This document shows positions 19,154-27,896 of a stretch of 64,000 nucleotides of DNA, piece after piece (position 1 is the first letter of the stretch; each line of letters opens with the position of its first letter). The notes under the pieces are model-generated. The model made no database searches. It saw nothing but the letters and a program-made list of their open reading frames with translations, and was not told where the DNA came from. The position numbers and the translations under genes were made by a program. Origin of the DNA: Chloroflexus sp. (GTDB taxonomy: Bacteria; Chloroflexota; Chloroflexia; Chloroflexales; Chloroflexaceae). Location: contig JAINCM010000035.1 of the NCBI GenBank assembly GCA_036574065.1, forward strand, positions 12,754 to 76,753, in the 5' to 3' direction.

Positions 19154-20515
19154 ATGCAGAGAATCCATCTCGTCCGCCAGTTAACGATCACCCTTCTGAT
19201 CATCCTGACCATGGTGATCAGTGCCTGCGGTGGCACACCGAGCGCACAACCGACCGCTGCGCCGCAACCGACTGCTGCGCCACAACCGACCGCTGCGCCG
19301 CAACCGACTGCCGCTCCACAACCGACTGCCGCGCCGCAACCAACTGCCGCGCCGGCTGGTGAACCGATCGTCGTTGGTCTGATGACCGACAACTCCGGCC
19401 TGCTTGCGATTTACGGACCGATGCTAGAGCGCGGCTTCACATTGGGGCTGGAATACGCCACCAACGGGACGAATCAGGTAGCTGGCCGTGAAATTAAGGT
19501 GGTAGTAAAAGACACTGCTAGCAACCCAGAAACGGGCGTTGCCCTGGCACGTGAGGCGATTGAGAGCGATGGTGCTGACGTGCTGGTTGGTTCACCTAGC
19601 TCGCCGGTGGCACTAGCCATTTCGGCCGTCGCAGCTGAAAACAAAATCGTGTATATTGCGGCGCCAGCGGCAACACCAGCTCTGACCGGTGAGAACTTCA
19701 ATATCTACACCTTCCGCGCTGGTCGCACCAGTGTACAAGACGCGCTTACGATGAGCGCTGCTCTTTTACAGACGGGCAAGAAGTTCATCCAGATTGCGCA
19801 AGACAATGCCTTCGGACGCGGTTCGGCAGGAGCATTCTACGCCACAGTTAAGGCTCTGGGCGGTGAGTTCGTTCTCAACGACACTGCTGAAGGTGTCGGT
19901 ACTGTCTTTGCGCCACCAGATACCACTGACTTCACACCATACATCAACCAGCTGCTCGATTCAGGCGCTGAAGTCCTGATCGTCACCTGGTCAGGTACTG
20001 GCTTCGTGCCGATGTTCCAGCAGATGCAGCAATTGGGTGTCTTTGATGTGATGACGGTTGCTACCGGTTTCGGCGACAACCAAACCATGGTGAATGGCTA
20101 CACTGATGCGATCGGCTCGGTGGGTGTGAGTGTCTATCACTACAGCCTGTTCGACAATCCGGTCAACCAATGGCTAACCGAGCGCCACAAGGCAGTGTAT
20201 GGTGTGCCACCCGATCTTTTCACCGAGAGCGGCTTCAATGCAGCCATTATGCTAGTCAAGGCACTGGAACAGACCAAAGGCGATCCGGCTGCTGACGGAC
20301 TGATTGCCGCACTCGAAGGTATGACCTTCGACGGGCCGAAGGGCAAATATATGGTGCGTGCGGAAGATCATGTCCTGCTGCAACCGATGACATTGGTACG
20401 CCTGCTTAACACCAACGACCCTGAATTCAAATTCTTCGAGCTGGTTACGCTCTTTACACCTGAACAGACCGCACCACCATGCGTCGTGCCAGCGGCATTA
20501 AACCGGTGCAAGTAA
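19154..20515 (+). CDS. Liv-type (HAAT) ABC substrate-binding lipoprotein
   Basis: AGGAG then ATG 19154, lipobox ISAC, QPTAAP linker, GREIKVVVKDT, FDGPKG. Confidence 0.9.
   Translation: MQRIHLVRQLTITLLIILTMVISACGGTPSAQPTAAPQPTAAPQPTAAPQPTAAPQPTAAPQPTAAPAGEPIVVGLMTDNSGLLAIYGPMLERGFTLGLEYATNGTNQVAGREIKVVVKDTASNPETGVALAREAIESDGADVLVGSPSSPVALAISAVAAENKIVYIAAPAATPALTGENFNIYTFRAGRTSVQDALTMSAALLQTGKKFIQIAQDNAFGRGSAGAFYATVKALGGEFVLNDTAEGVGTVFAPPDTTDFTPYINQLLDSGAEVLIVTWSGTGFVPMFQQMQQLGVFDVMTVATGFGDNQTMVNGYTDAIGSVGVSVYHYSLFDNPVNQWLTERHKAVYGVPPDLFTESGFNAAIMLVKALEQTKGDPAADGLIAALEGMTFDGPKGKYMVRAEDHVLLQPMTLVRLLNTNDPEFKFFELVTLFTPEQTAPPCVVPAALNRCK
19247..19354 (+). repeat. Six 18-bp tandem coding repeats (QPTAAP)6
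   Basis: CAACC(G/A)AC(C/T)GC(T/C)GC(G/T)CC(G/A) x6 with synonymous variation. Confidence 0.95.
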
Positions 20516-20576
20516 CGACCTGACAACCACGGCGCGGGCCCCTCTGTGTTCGCGCCACCAGTGATACGAGCGGGCA

Positions 20577-20606
20577 GCGCCGCCGGAGCTAGCGTCGAGG
20601 CGGCGC
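20577..20606 (+). other. Stem-loop after the SBP gene (probable mRNA stabiliser)
   Basis: GCGCCGCC-N14-GGCGGCGC. A second GGCGCG/CGCGCC stem lies at 20531-20556. Confidence 0.45.
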
Positions 20607-20650
20607 ACCAATTCGTCAGGGCCATCGGCGTTAGCTTTGAAGGAGTTTAC

Positions 20651-21421
20651 GTGAGCGATTGGATTATCACCACGCAAGCCTTGACCCGCGATTTCGGCAG
20701 CCTGCGCGCTGTTGATCATGTCGATTTACGAGTGCGTGCCGGCAGCATTCACGCCATCATCGGACCTAATGGTGCCGGGAAGACGACGTTGTTCAACCTG
20801 ATCAGCGGCTATCTCAAACCTACTTCGGGCCGAGTATTGCTACGCGGGCGCGATATTACTCGCATGCCGCTACACCAGATGGCACATCTTGGAATCGGGC
20901 GCTCATTCCAGATTACCAATATCTTCCCTACGTTGACAGTGTTGGAGAATGTGCGACTGGCGGCACAGGCTCGCGGGCGCGACAATCTACGGTTGTGGCG
21001 CAATGCTGCTCGGTTATCAACCTACATTGAGCGGGCATACACCGCCTTGCATCAGGTTGGTTTGCATGAACGCGCCGGTCAGATCGCCGCTACCCTGCCC
21101 CATGGCGACAAACGCCGCCTCGAACTGGCCATCCTGTTAGCCAGCGATGCCGATATCCTGCTGCTCGATGAGCCAACTGCTGGTATGGCAACCGAGCAGG
21201 TGCCGATACTGCTTGACCTGCTCCGCATGATTCGGCAAGGAACGAATAAAACGATTTTGATTGTTGAACACAATATGTCAGTCGTCATGAGTCTGGCCGA
21301 GACAATCACGGTAATGCATCAGGGTCGCGTGCTGGCCGAAGGCAGCCCGGCTGAGATTAGCGCTAATCAGGCGGTGCGAGAAGCGTATCTCGGCACCGCC
21401 TTTACGGGAGGGCTGCTATGA
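20651..21421 (+). CDS. livG: Branched-chain-type ABC ATPase
   Basis: GAAGGAG then GTG 20651, GPNGAGKTTLFNLISG, LPHGDKRRLE. Confidence 0.88.
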   Translation: MSDWIITTQALTRDFGSLRAVDHVDLRVRAGSIHAIIGPNGAGKTTLFNLISGYLKPTSGRVLLRGRDITRMPLHQMAHLGIGRSFQITNIFPTLTVLENVRLAAQARGRDNLRLWRNAARLSTYIERAYTALHQVGLHERAGQIAATLPHGDKRRLELAILLASDADILLLDEPTAGMATEQVPILLDLLRMIRQGTNKTILIVEHNMSVVMSLAETITVMHQGRVLAEGSPAEISANQAVREAYLGTAFTGGLL

Positions 21422-22125
21422 GTGAAGTGCTGCTCGAGGTTGACGCTATCCATACTTTTATTGGTCAGTTCCACATTCTGGAAGAGGTGTCACTCAAAGT
21501 ACGTACTGGTAGTATCACCGCGCTGCTGGGCCGCAACGGCGCAGGCAAGACTACGACCTTACGCTCGATCATGGGGCTTAACCCGCCGCGGAGCGGGAGC
21601 ATTCGCCTCGCTGGCGAAGTAATCAATGGCCGACCGGCCTACGAAATTGCGCACCTCGGTGTTGGGTATGTACCTGAACATCGCGCCATCTTTCGCGATC
21701 TAACGGTTGAGGAGAACCTGCGGCTGGCCGAACGCAAACGGGGTGATCTGGCTAAACGCAGCGATTTTATTATGTCACTTTTTCCTGACTTGAAACGGTT
21801 TTATCGCCATCCCGGTGGCAAGTTATCGGGCGGTCAGCAGCAAATGCTGGCTATTGCTCGGGCGCTGGTACCAGACAATCGATTGTTGCTGATCGACGAG
21901 CCGAGTGAAGGGTTGGCCCCTATCATCGTCGAGCAGATCGTTGCGGCCCTACGCCAGATGGCCACTGCGACTACCATCCTGCTCGTCGAGCAGAACTTCG
22001 CCCTGGCAGCACAGCTGGCTGACGAATACTACATTCTCGATGATGGACGCAGCGTACAACACGGCCGCATGGCCGAGCTGGTTCACGATCAAGCTACCAT
22101 CGGCAAATATCTCGGTGCAGGGTGA
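21418..22125 (+). CDS. livF: Branched-chain-type ABC ATPase
   Basis: GRNGAGKTT, LSGGQQQMLAIARAL, DEPSEGLAP. ATGA overlap. Confidence 0.88.
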   Translation: MSEVLLEVDAIHTFIGQFHILEEVSLKVRTGSITALLGRNGAGKTTTLRSIMGLNPPRSGSIRLAGEVINGRPAYEIAHLGVGYVPEHRAIFRDLTVEENLRLAERKRGDLAKRSDFIMSLFPDLKRFYRHPGGKLSGGQQQMLAIARALVPDNRLLLIDEPSEGLAPIIVEQIVAALRQMATATTILLVEQNFALAAQLADEYYILDDGRSVQHGRMAELVHDQATIGKYLGAG

Positions 22126-22255
22126 AACAGACCAACGCAAAGACGTACAACTGCGACGAAAGAGATATCTAACGGTTACGTGAGCAATGCTCATTGTTCG
22201 CGACTGCCGCGTAAGTTTTCCCACTATGACTCGGTCTGATGCACGAGGAATTTCC

Positions 22256-23734
22256 ATGATCGAATTGATCCAACGCCGACGCGGATTGATAGCTGGTATC
22301 ATCGCCTTTATCCTCTTTAACCTGTGGGCATCAACCCAGTACGAACCGCGTGTACTAGCCAGCATTCTGCTCTCTGGTCTAACCCTGGGTGCGCTTTACT
22401 TTCTAGTTACATCTGGCCTCTCACTCATCTTCGGCCTTATGGATGTACTGAATTTCGCCCACGGCACACTCTTCATGATCGGCGCCTACATTGGCTTTAC
22501 CCTCTACGCTAACCCACGCCTCCTCCTCAATATGCTGCCATTGGGGTTGGCACTGGCAGGCGGCTGGATGCTGGCGCGATGGTTACCGGCCACTAGTCTC
22601 CCCGCCGGTCATCGGCGGCCCCTCTGGGTCACGGCGGTACTGGTCGGAGGCGTTGCTGTATGGGGGTTTGAGCTGGCGCCGCTGGCAACAACCGCGCTCA
22701 GTGCTGGTGGACGGATACCAACCGAGCAGGCACAGGCACCCACCGCCATCTTTATCGCACGCACGTTAGGGATGGCGATGGCTGGCTTAATCGCCGGAGC
22801 TGCCTTCTTAGTCGGTAAAGAACACTCACGCCGTCCCGCCCAGCGTGAATTGTTTGCAGCAGCAGCGTTGCTCGTGCTAGCGCTGATTATCGTACCGTTG
22901 CGGCTCACGTTGGAAGAGTGGCTGCTTAGTCTTGACTCGAATACACGCTTCTTGTTCGCATTGCTCATTGGCGCTAGCGGCGGTGCCGCGTTGGGCGGAC
23001 TAATGGAATGGAGCCTAATCCGCCCGCTCTACAGTCGCCCCATCTACCAAGTGCTGGTCACCTTGGGACTGGTGTTCGTTGGCACCGAGCTGGTCAAAGG
23101 TATCTGGGGACCAGGTGGCTACTTCATGGAGCTGCCAGCGTGGTTTAGTCGGCGTGGGCCCAACTGTCCTTCACCAAACTTGATCGCCTGGCTACAAGAC
23201 AACTGCGCCAGCATTGATGTACTAGGCCGTCCCTTTCCCAGTTACCGTATCTTTATCATTGCCCTCGGTATCTTGATGTTCATCGGTATTGCTGCTCTCT
23301 TGCGCTACACCCGGCTGGGCATGATCATTCGTGCGGGGGTGCAGGATAGCGAAATGGTGCAAGCGTTGGGCATTAATGTACGCCGCGTCTTTACTCTTGT
23401 CTTCGCACTCGGTGCTGGCCTAGCTGCACTCGGCGGCGTCGCTGCCGCCCCCTTTCTCGGTATCAGTCCCGGTCTTGGGCAGGAATTCCAGTTGCAAGCA
23501 TTCATTGCCGTCGTGATCGGCGGTATGGGCAGCTTTACTGGCGCTGCAATTGGCTCGTTACTGGTCGGCCTAGCGCGCGCCTTCGGCGATCAGATAGTGT
23601 TGACCGGTATTCAACTGCCCTGGGTGAGCGAAGCTATGACCTTTTCACCCTCAATTGCGCGTGCTTCTACCGTCTTGATCATGGCGCTGGTACTGTTGTT
23701 ACGCCCGGCTGGATTGTTTGGCAAAAAGGAGTGA
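22256..23734 (+). CDS. livH: LivH-like ABC permease with a large membrane insertion
   Basis: SGLSLIFGLMDVLNFAHG, TRLGMIIRAG, AVVIGGMGS. At 492 aa it is much longer than canonical LivH. Confidence 0.85.
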   Translation: MIELIQRRRGLIAGIIAFILFNLWASTQYEPRVLASILLSGLTLGALYFLVTSGLSLIFGLMDVLNFAHGTLFMIGAYIGFTLYANPRLLLNMLPLGLALAGGWMLARWLPATSLPAGHRRPLWVTAVLVGGVAVWGFELAPLATTALSAGGRIPTEQAQAPTAIFIARTLGMAMAGLIAGAAFLVGKEHSRRPAQRELFAAAALLVLALIIVPLRLTLEEWLLSLDSNTRFLFALLIGASGGAALGGLMEWSLIRPLYSRPIYQVLVTLGLVFVGTELVKGIWGPGGYFMELPAWFSRRGPNCPSPNLIAWLQDNCASIDVLGRPFPSYRIFIIALGILMFIGIAALLRYTRLGMIIRAGVQDSEMVQALGINVRRVFTLVFALGAGLAALGGVAAAPFLGISPGLGQEFQLQAFIAVVIGGMGSFTGAAIGSLLVGLARAFGDQIVLTGIQLPWVSEAMTFSPSIARASTVLIMALVLLLRPAGLFGKKE

Positions 23735-23737
23735 GTG

Positions 23738-24763
23738 ATGCGGGAACGTTGGAATTCGTCGCAATGGGCTGGCCTCGGTTTGATTGGCGGCCTCATCATC
23801 TTCCCATTTGTAATTTCGCTGCTGGTCGGTCAGCCGGTTGACGCTGGTGCCCCTAAGTTCTGGCAGGGCATGCTGATTCAGGTCTTCATTCTGGCCGTTT
23901 TCGCCATGAGCTACGACATTCTGATGGGCTACACCGGCATCCTCTCGTTTGGTCACGCGCTCTTCTTTGGTACTGGCGCGTACACCATCGGCATTCTCCT
24001 CAAACATGCGGGCTGGGATCTCGGCGCTGCCATGTTAGCGGTGATTGGTATTGCTATCGTACAAAGCCTGATCGTCGGCCTGCTTTCGCTGCGGGTCAGC
24101 GGCGTCTATTTTGCGATGGTGACACTGGCCTTCGCCCAAATGGCCTTTTTACTCGCTGAGGCAACCGACTTTCGCCAATGGACCGGAGCCGAAGACGGCT
24201 TGCAGAGCATTCCAGTGCCCGCCTGGATCAGCCCAACTACCGAGCGATTGCGGTTTTATTATGTCACACTAGGGTTCGCAGTTGTTATGTACTTGCTAGC
24301 GCGTCAGGTAGTCAACTCACCGACAGGTCGGGTGATGATGGCAATCCGCGACAACGAGACACGGGCCCAAGTGTTGGGCTATCATACCCTTACTTTCAAA
24401 CTCATAGCGATCACCATCAGCGGCGTAATGGCGGCACTAGCTGGCGCCTTCAACGCGCTCTGGAATCTCAACGCTAATCCGGCTGTACTCGGTGTAGGGA
24501 CAACCATTAACGCGCTACTGATGACAATCATTGGTGGTGTTGGTTCGTTGATCGGGCCGATGTTGGGGGCAGATGTGATCCAGTTACTCGGCTACTGGCT
24601 GAACGTCTTCTTTGGGCCAAGCTGGCCACTGCTGTTCGGGATCATCTATATTTTGATCGTACTCTTCTTGCCTTACGGCATTGTCGGCACATGGCGAGTG
24701 CGCGGGGCAGGCTGGATAGCATTGTGGCGTAGACGAGTCCAGGAGCTGCGGATACGGTTGTGA
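23738..24763 (+). CDS. livM: LivM-like ABC permease
   Basis: GYTGILSFGHALFFG, GVYFAMVTLAFAQM, SPTGRVMMAIRDNE. Confidence 0.88.
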   Translation: MRERWNSSQWAGLGLIGGLIIFPFVISLLVGQPVDAGAPKFWQGMLIQVFILAVFAMSYDILMGYTGILSFGHALFFGTGAYTIGILLKHAGWDLGAAMLAVIGIAIVQSLIVGLLSLRVSGVYFAMVTLAFAQMAFLLAEATDFRQWTGAEDGLQSIPVPAWISPTTERLRFYYVTLGFAVVMYLLARQVVNSPTGRVMMAIRDNETRAQVLGYHTLTFKLIAITISGVMAALAGAFNALWNLNANPAVLGVGTTINALLMTIIGGVGSLIGPMLGADVIQLLGYWLNVFFGPSWPLLFGIIYILIVLFLPYGIVGTWRVRGAGWIALWRRRVQELRIRL

Positions 24764-24800
24764 TGCACAGACTACAAGCGCTGCGGGTACGGTTGTGATG
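24741..24800. repeat. Imperfect 25-bp direct repeat with 35-bp period spanning the livM stop
   Basis: AGGAGCTGCGGATACGGTTGTGATG (24741-24765) versus AAGCGCTGCGGGTACGGTTGTGATG (24776-24800). Confidence 0.85.
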
Positions 24801-24823
24801 GCGCCTGCCCGCGCGATACAAGA

Positions 24824-25849
24824 TCAAACATCCGGTTCTTCGACAACCCACGATTGCACGCCGTGGGTAACGAACGAAAAGGGACGTACAACCACACCAG
24901 CTTCGGTGAGTGCGCGCTCGATGATTAGGCGCCGATCAAAAGGGCAGGCGAAGACCATAAACCCACCACCACCGGCACCTGATATCTTTCCACCCCACGC
25001 ACCATGCTTACGAGCGAGCGCATAGACCTCTTCAACAATCGGGGGAGCAATGTGGGGTGAGAAGGCTTTTTTAACCTCCCAGGCATCGTGCAAGAGCCGA
25101 CCAAAATCGGCAATTCGCTGTTCGCGCAGCAACCGAGCCGCCGTATCAACGAAGGCTTTCGTTTCGTGGTGCAGACGCAGGGTGTCACCCTTAACCAAGC
25201 GCTGCACCTGATCGGTCATGAGATGGCGCGTGAGCAATTGACGATCACCGATATAGCCCAGAATCAAGCAGCTCTCCAGTTCGAGCAAGGCGGTAGGATC
25301 GCTGAGCACCGGCTCAACAATAACGCGGTCACGCCCAAAGTGATACACACACATCCCACCGAAAACAGCCGAATATTGGTCTTGCCGCCCACCGGGGATC
25401 CCCAAATCTACGCGCTCGATTCGATACGCTAGTTCAGCGAGCTGATGCGGATCGGCATTTTGACCTGCCACCGCGTAGAGCAGCTTGAGCATACTAACGA
25501 CCAGTGCCGACGACGAGCCCAGGCCCGAACCAGGCGGAGCATCGCTAAACATGGTAATCTTGTAACCAGCTGTAGTTGGCCGTAGTTGAGGCAGGGCGTC
25601 GAGTACGGCTTGCGGCAATACCAGTTTGCCATCCCATTTGCGATCGCTCACCTGACGGCTGACTTCTTGCAAATCGAGCGAGCGGATAAGAATGCCCGGC
25701 GTGTTGCTAGTAGTGAGCATGCAGCGTACATACAGATTGATCGTGCAATTAAGGACTTTGCCGCCGTACTCTTCGGCATAGGGGCTGACATCGGTACCAC
25801 CGCCAAAAAAGCCAATTCGCATCGGCGCACGGGCTTTGTAAATTTTCAT
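24824..25849 (-). CDS. GHMP-family sugar kinase (D-glycero-D-manno-heptose-7-phosphate kinase-like)
   Basis: RAPMRIGFFGGGTD, PPGSGLGSSS, GGRQDQY, GGKISGAGGGGF. Confidence 0.87.
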   Translation of the reverse strand: MKIYKARAPMRIGFFGGGTDVSPYAEEYGGKVLNCTINLYVRCMLTTSNTPGILIRSLDLQEVSRQVSDRKWDGKLVLPQAVLDALPQLRPTTAGYKITMFSDAPPGSGLGSSSALVVSMLKLLYAVAGQNADPHQLAELAYRIERVDLGIPGGRQDQYSAVFGGMCVYHFGRDRVIVEPVLSDPTALLELESCLILGYIGDRQLLTRHLMTDQVQRLVKGDTLRLHHETKAFVDTAARLLREQRIADFGRLLHDAWEVKKAFSPHIAPPIVEEVYALARKHGAWGGKISGAGGGGFMVFACPFDRRLIIERALTEAGVVVRPFSFVTHGVQSWVVEEPDV

Positions 25850-25884
25850 GCATTCCTCCGGCCATTACTGAGTGCCGCGGCGCC

Positions 25885-25893
25885 AGTATACCA
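25885..25893 (-). promoter_or_regulatory. Extended -10 (TGgTATACT) for the GHMP kinase
   Basis: Reverse complement of AGTATACCA, about 35 nt upstream of the start. Confidence 0.45.
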
Positions 25894-25958
25894 GAAAATT
25901 AGGACCACACTCTTGCACGACTCAATCCGTATTGGTTGGATTCGCACCCTGACTACAG

Positions 25959-25964
25959 TACAAT
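25959..25964 (+). promoter_or_regulatory. -10 box TACAAT 6 nt before the ATG (leaderless configuration)
   Basis: cagTACAATatcattATG with no SD sequence upstream. Confidence 0.5.
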
Positions 25965-25970
25965 ATCATT

Positions 25971-27029
25971 ATGAAGATCTTTTACAGCGTCGATCACCAC
26001 TATCACAATCCACCATTCGAAATTCTTGACGGGCGGCAGACGCCATACTACGAGTCGCCGCGCCGGCTTGAGATCATTCTTGATGCCCTGACCGCTGCTG
26101 GCTTTGCGCCTCCGGTCGCGGCGACACCGGCAACGATGTCTGATCTGATAACAGTGCATACTGCCGACTATCTCGACTATCTCGTTTATGCTGTCGAGCG
26201 CTGGCAGGCTGCTGGGCTGACGGGTCCAGTGATGCCATCAGCCTGGCCGTTGCCTGGTCTGCGGTTACGCAGCGATTCGCCCCAGGCGGCAGCCGGACGC
26301 TATACCTTCGATCTTAGCGCGCCGATTGTGGCTGGTACAATGACGGCGGCGTTGTCATCGGCTGGCGCAGCGCTAGATGGGGCAAGAGCGCTACTGAGCG
26401 GTGAACGTTTCGCGTATGCCCTCTGTCGGCCGCCTGGTCACCACGCCGCCGCCAACATGGCTGGTGGTTATTGCTATCTCAACAACGCCGCGATTGCTGC
26501 CGACCGACTGGCACGTAGCGTGGCCGGTACGGATGCCACGTGGACGTTGCGCGCACCAGTGGTAGCGGTTCTCGATATCGATTATCACCATGGTAATGGC
26601 ACCCAGAGCATCTTTTACGAGCGCAATGATGTGCTGACTGTCTCACTGCACGCCGATCCGTCGCGTGAATACCCGTATTTCCTCGGCTACGCCGATGAGC
26701 GAGGAGCTGGCGCTGGTGAGGGTTACAATCTCAACCTTCCTCTCCCACCAGGCGTGATGGATCGCGACTATCTGACTACGCTCACTCATGCGCTGCAAGC
26801 AATCGCCGATTATAGCCCGCGCTATCTGGTAGTGGCGACTGGTTTTGACACCTTTTGCGCTGATCCTCTCGGTGATTTTGCCCTCACCACGAACGCCTAT
26901 CGCGCCATCGGTGCCGCTATTGCTCAGTTGGGGTTACCTACACTCTTTGTTCAAGAGGGCGGATATGCGCTGGACGCGCTAGGCACGAATGTCGTCACTT
27001 TATTACAGGGAGCACTCGCGTATGCTTAA
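25971..27029 (+). CDS. Histone-deacetylase-family amidohydrolase (acetylpolyamine amidohydrolase-like)
   Basis: RPPGHHA, GGYCYLNNAA, DIDYHHGNGTQ, GFDTFCADP, QEGGY. Confidence 0.92.
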   Translation: MKIFYSVDHHYHNPPFEILDGRQTPYYESPRRLEIILDALTAAGFAPPVAATPATMSDLITVHTADYLDYLVYAVERWQAAGLTGPVMPSAWPLPGLRLRSDSPQAAAGRYTFDLSAPIVAGTMTAALSSAGAALDGARALLSGERFAYALCRPPGHHAAANMAGGYCYLNNAAIAADRLARSVAGTDATWTLRAPVVAVLDIDYHHGNGTQSIFYERNDVLTVSLHADPSREYPYFLGYADERGAGAGEGYNLNLPLPPGVMDRDYLTTLTHALQAIADYSPRYLVVATGFDTFCADPLGDFALTTNAYRAIGAAIAQLGLPTLFVQEGGYALDALGTNVVTLLQGALAYA

Positions 27030-27768
27030 TCACTCGCTCGATCAGCCGCAAACACCGGCACCACTCACACCGACATGGGGCTGGCGTGATTTTATCATTA
27101 CCTTACTGGTCAGCGGTTTTGGCGGTGTGCTCGTTGTCGGCGCGGTGCGCGTCTTCGCTATGTTCGGCAATTGGGATACTTCACGGGGATTTATCAGTCC
27201 ACCGTTGTACATCGCAGGCGCATTGCTCTACCTCATCATCGGCGGTGCGATCCTCGTGATCATCGGTCCGCGCGCTGGCTGGCGCGATCTGGGCTTGCAA
27301 TGGCCGCATTGGATGTATCTAGCGTTGGTACCACCGGTGTTCATCTTTGGGATGGGTATGATGGTGTTGACTAACATCGGTGTGCGCGCGCTCTTGGGCG
27401 AGTTTGAAAATCCCCAGATCGAGAGTCTCTCTGGCGGACAACCTTTTGGGATCGTTGAACTGGTGGTGTTGTGGTTCCTGGTCGCCGGTATCGTCCCCCT
27501 GGTTGAAGAGCTGTTCTTCCGCGGCGCGCTCCATCATCTGCTACGCCGCCATTTTAACAGTACGTTGACGATCGTAATTGGCGCCGCAATCTTTGCAGTT
27601 GTGCACTTTATTCCCATATTGATCCCCGGGCTATTTGTCGCCGGCCTGTGTCTAGGCTATCTGCGTGAACAGAGCGGCTCGATCTGGCCGGGCGTGATCT
27701 TCCATGGGCTGCAAAACACGCTAGCGTTACTGGCAATGGCGTTGGTCTTGACCACCGGCGGCGTGTAG
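27022..27768 (+). CDS. CPBP/CAAX (Abi) intramembrane metalloprotease
   Basis: PLVEELFFRG, FAVVH, SIWPGVIFHGLQN. Overlaps the upstream stop. Confidence 0.9.
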   Translation: MLNHSLDQPQTPAPLTPTWGWRDFIITLLVSGFGGVLVVGAVRVFAMFGNWDTSRGFISPPLYIAGALLYLIIGGAILVIIGPRAGWRDLGLQWPHWMYLALVPPVFIFGMGMMVLTNIGVRALLGEFENPQIESLSGGQPFGIVELVVLWFLVAGIVPLVEELFFRGALHHLLRRHFNSTLTIVIGAAIFAVVHFIPILIPGLFVAGLCLGYLREQSGSIWPGVIFHGLQNTLALLAMALVLTTGGV

Positions 27769-27896
27769 TCAGCTGATCTGCAGCGTTTGGTCTTCACCAA
27801 ACATTTGCTTACAGTAGTGAATTCTTCTCTGCCCAACCGTTGCCGGCTGTACTATACTGCCATTGCCTTCAGAACCAACAGTAATGAGGTGAGGCA

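Noticed and set aside
19247-19354. Tandem repeats as a possible CRISPR array (also 57816-57911)
   Set aside because: No spacers, unit lengths are multiples of 3, variation is synonymous, the repeats lie inside lipoprotein ORFs, and there are no cas genes.
4761-27029. PuuB-like oxidase, mtnP and acetylpolyamine amidohydrolase as one polyamine system
   Set aside because: They are scattered over 22 kb in separate transcription units with no shared motif seen.
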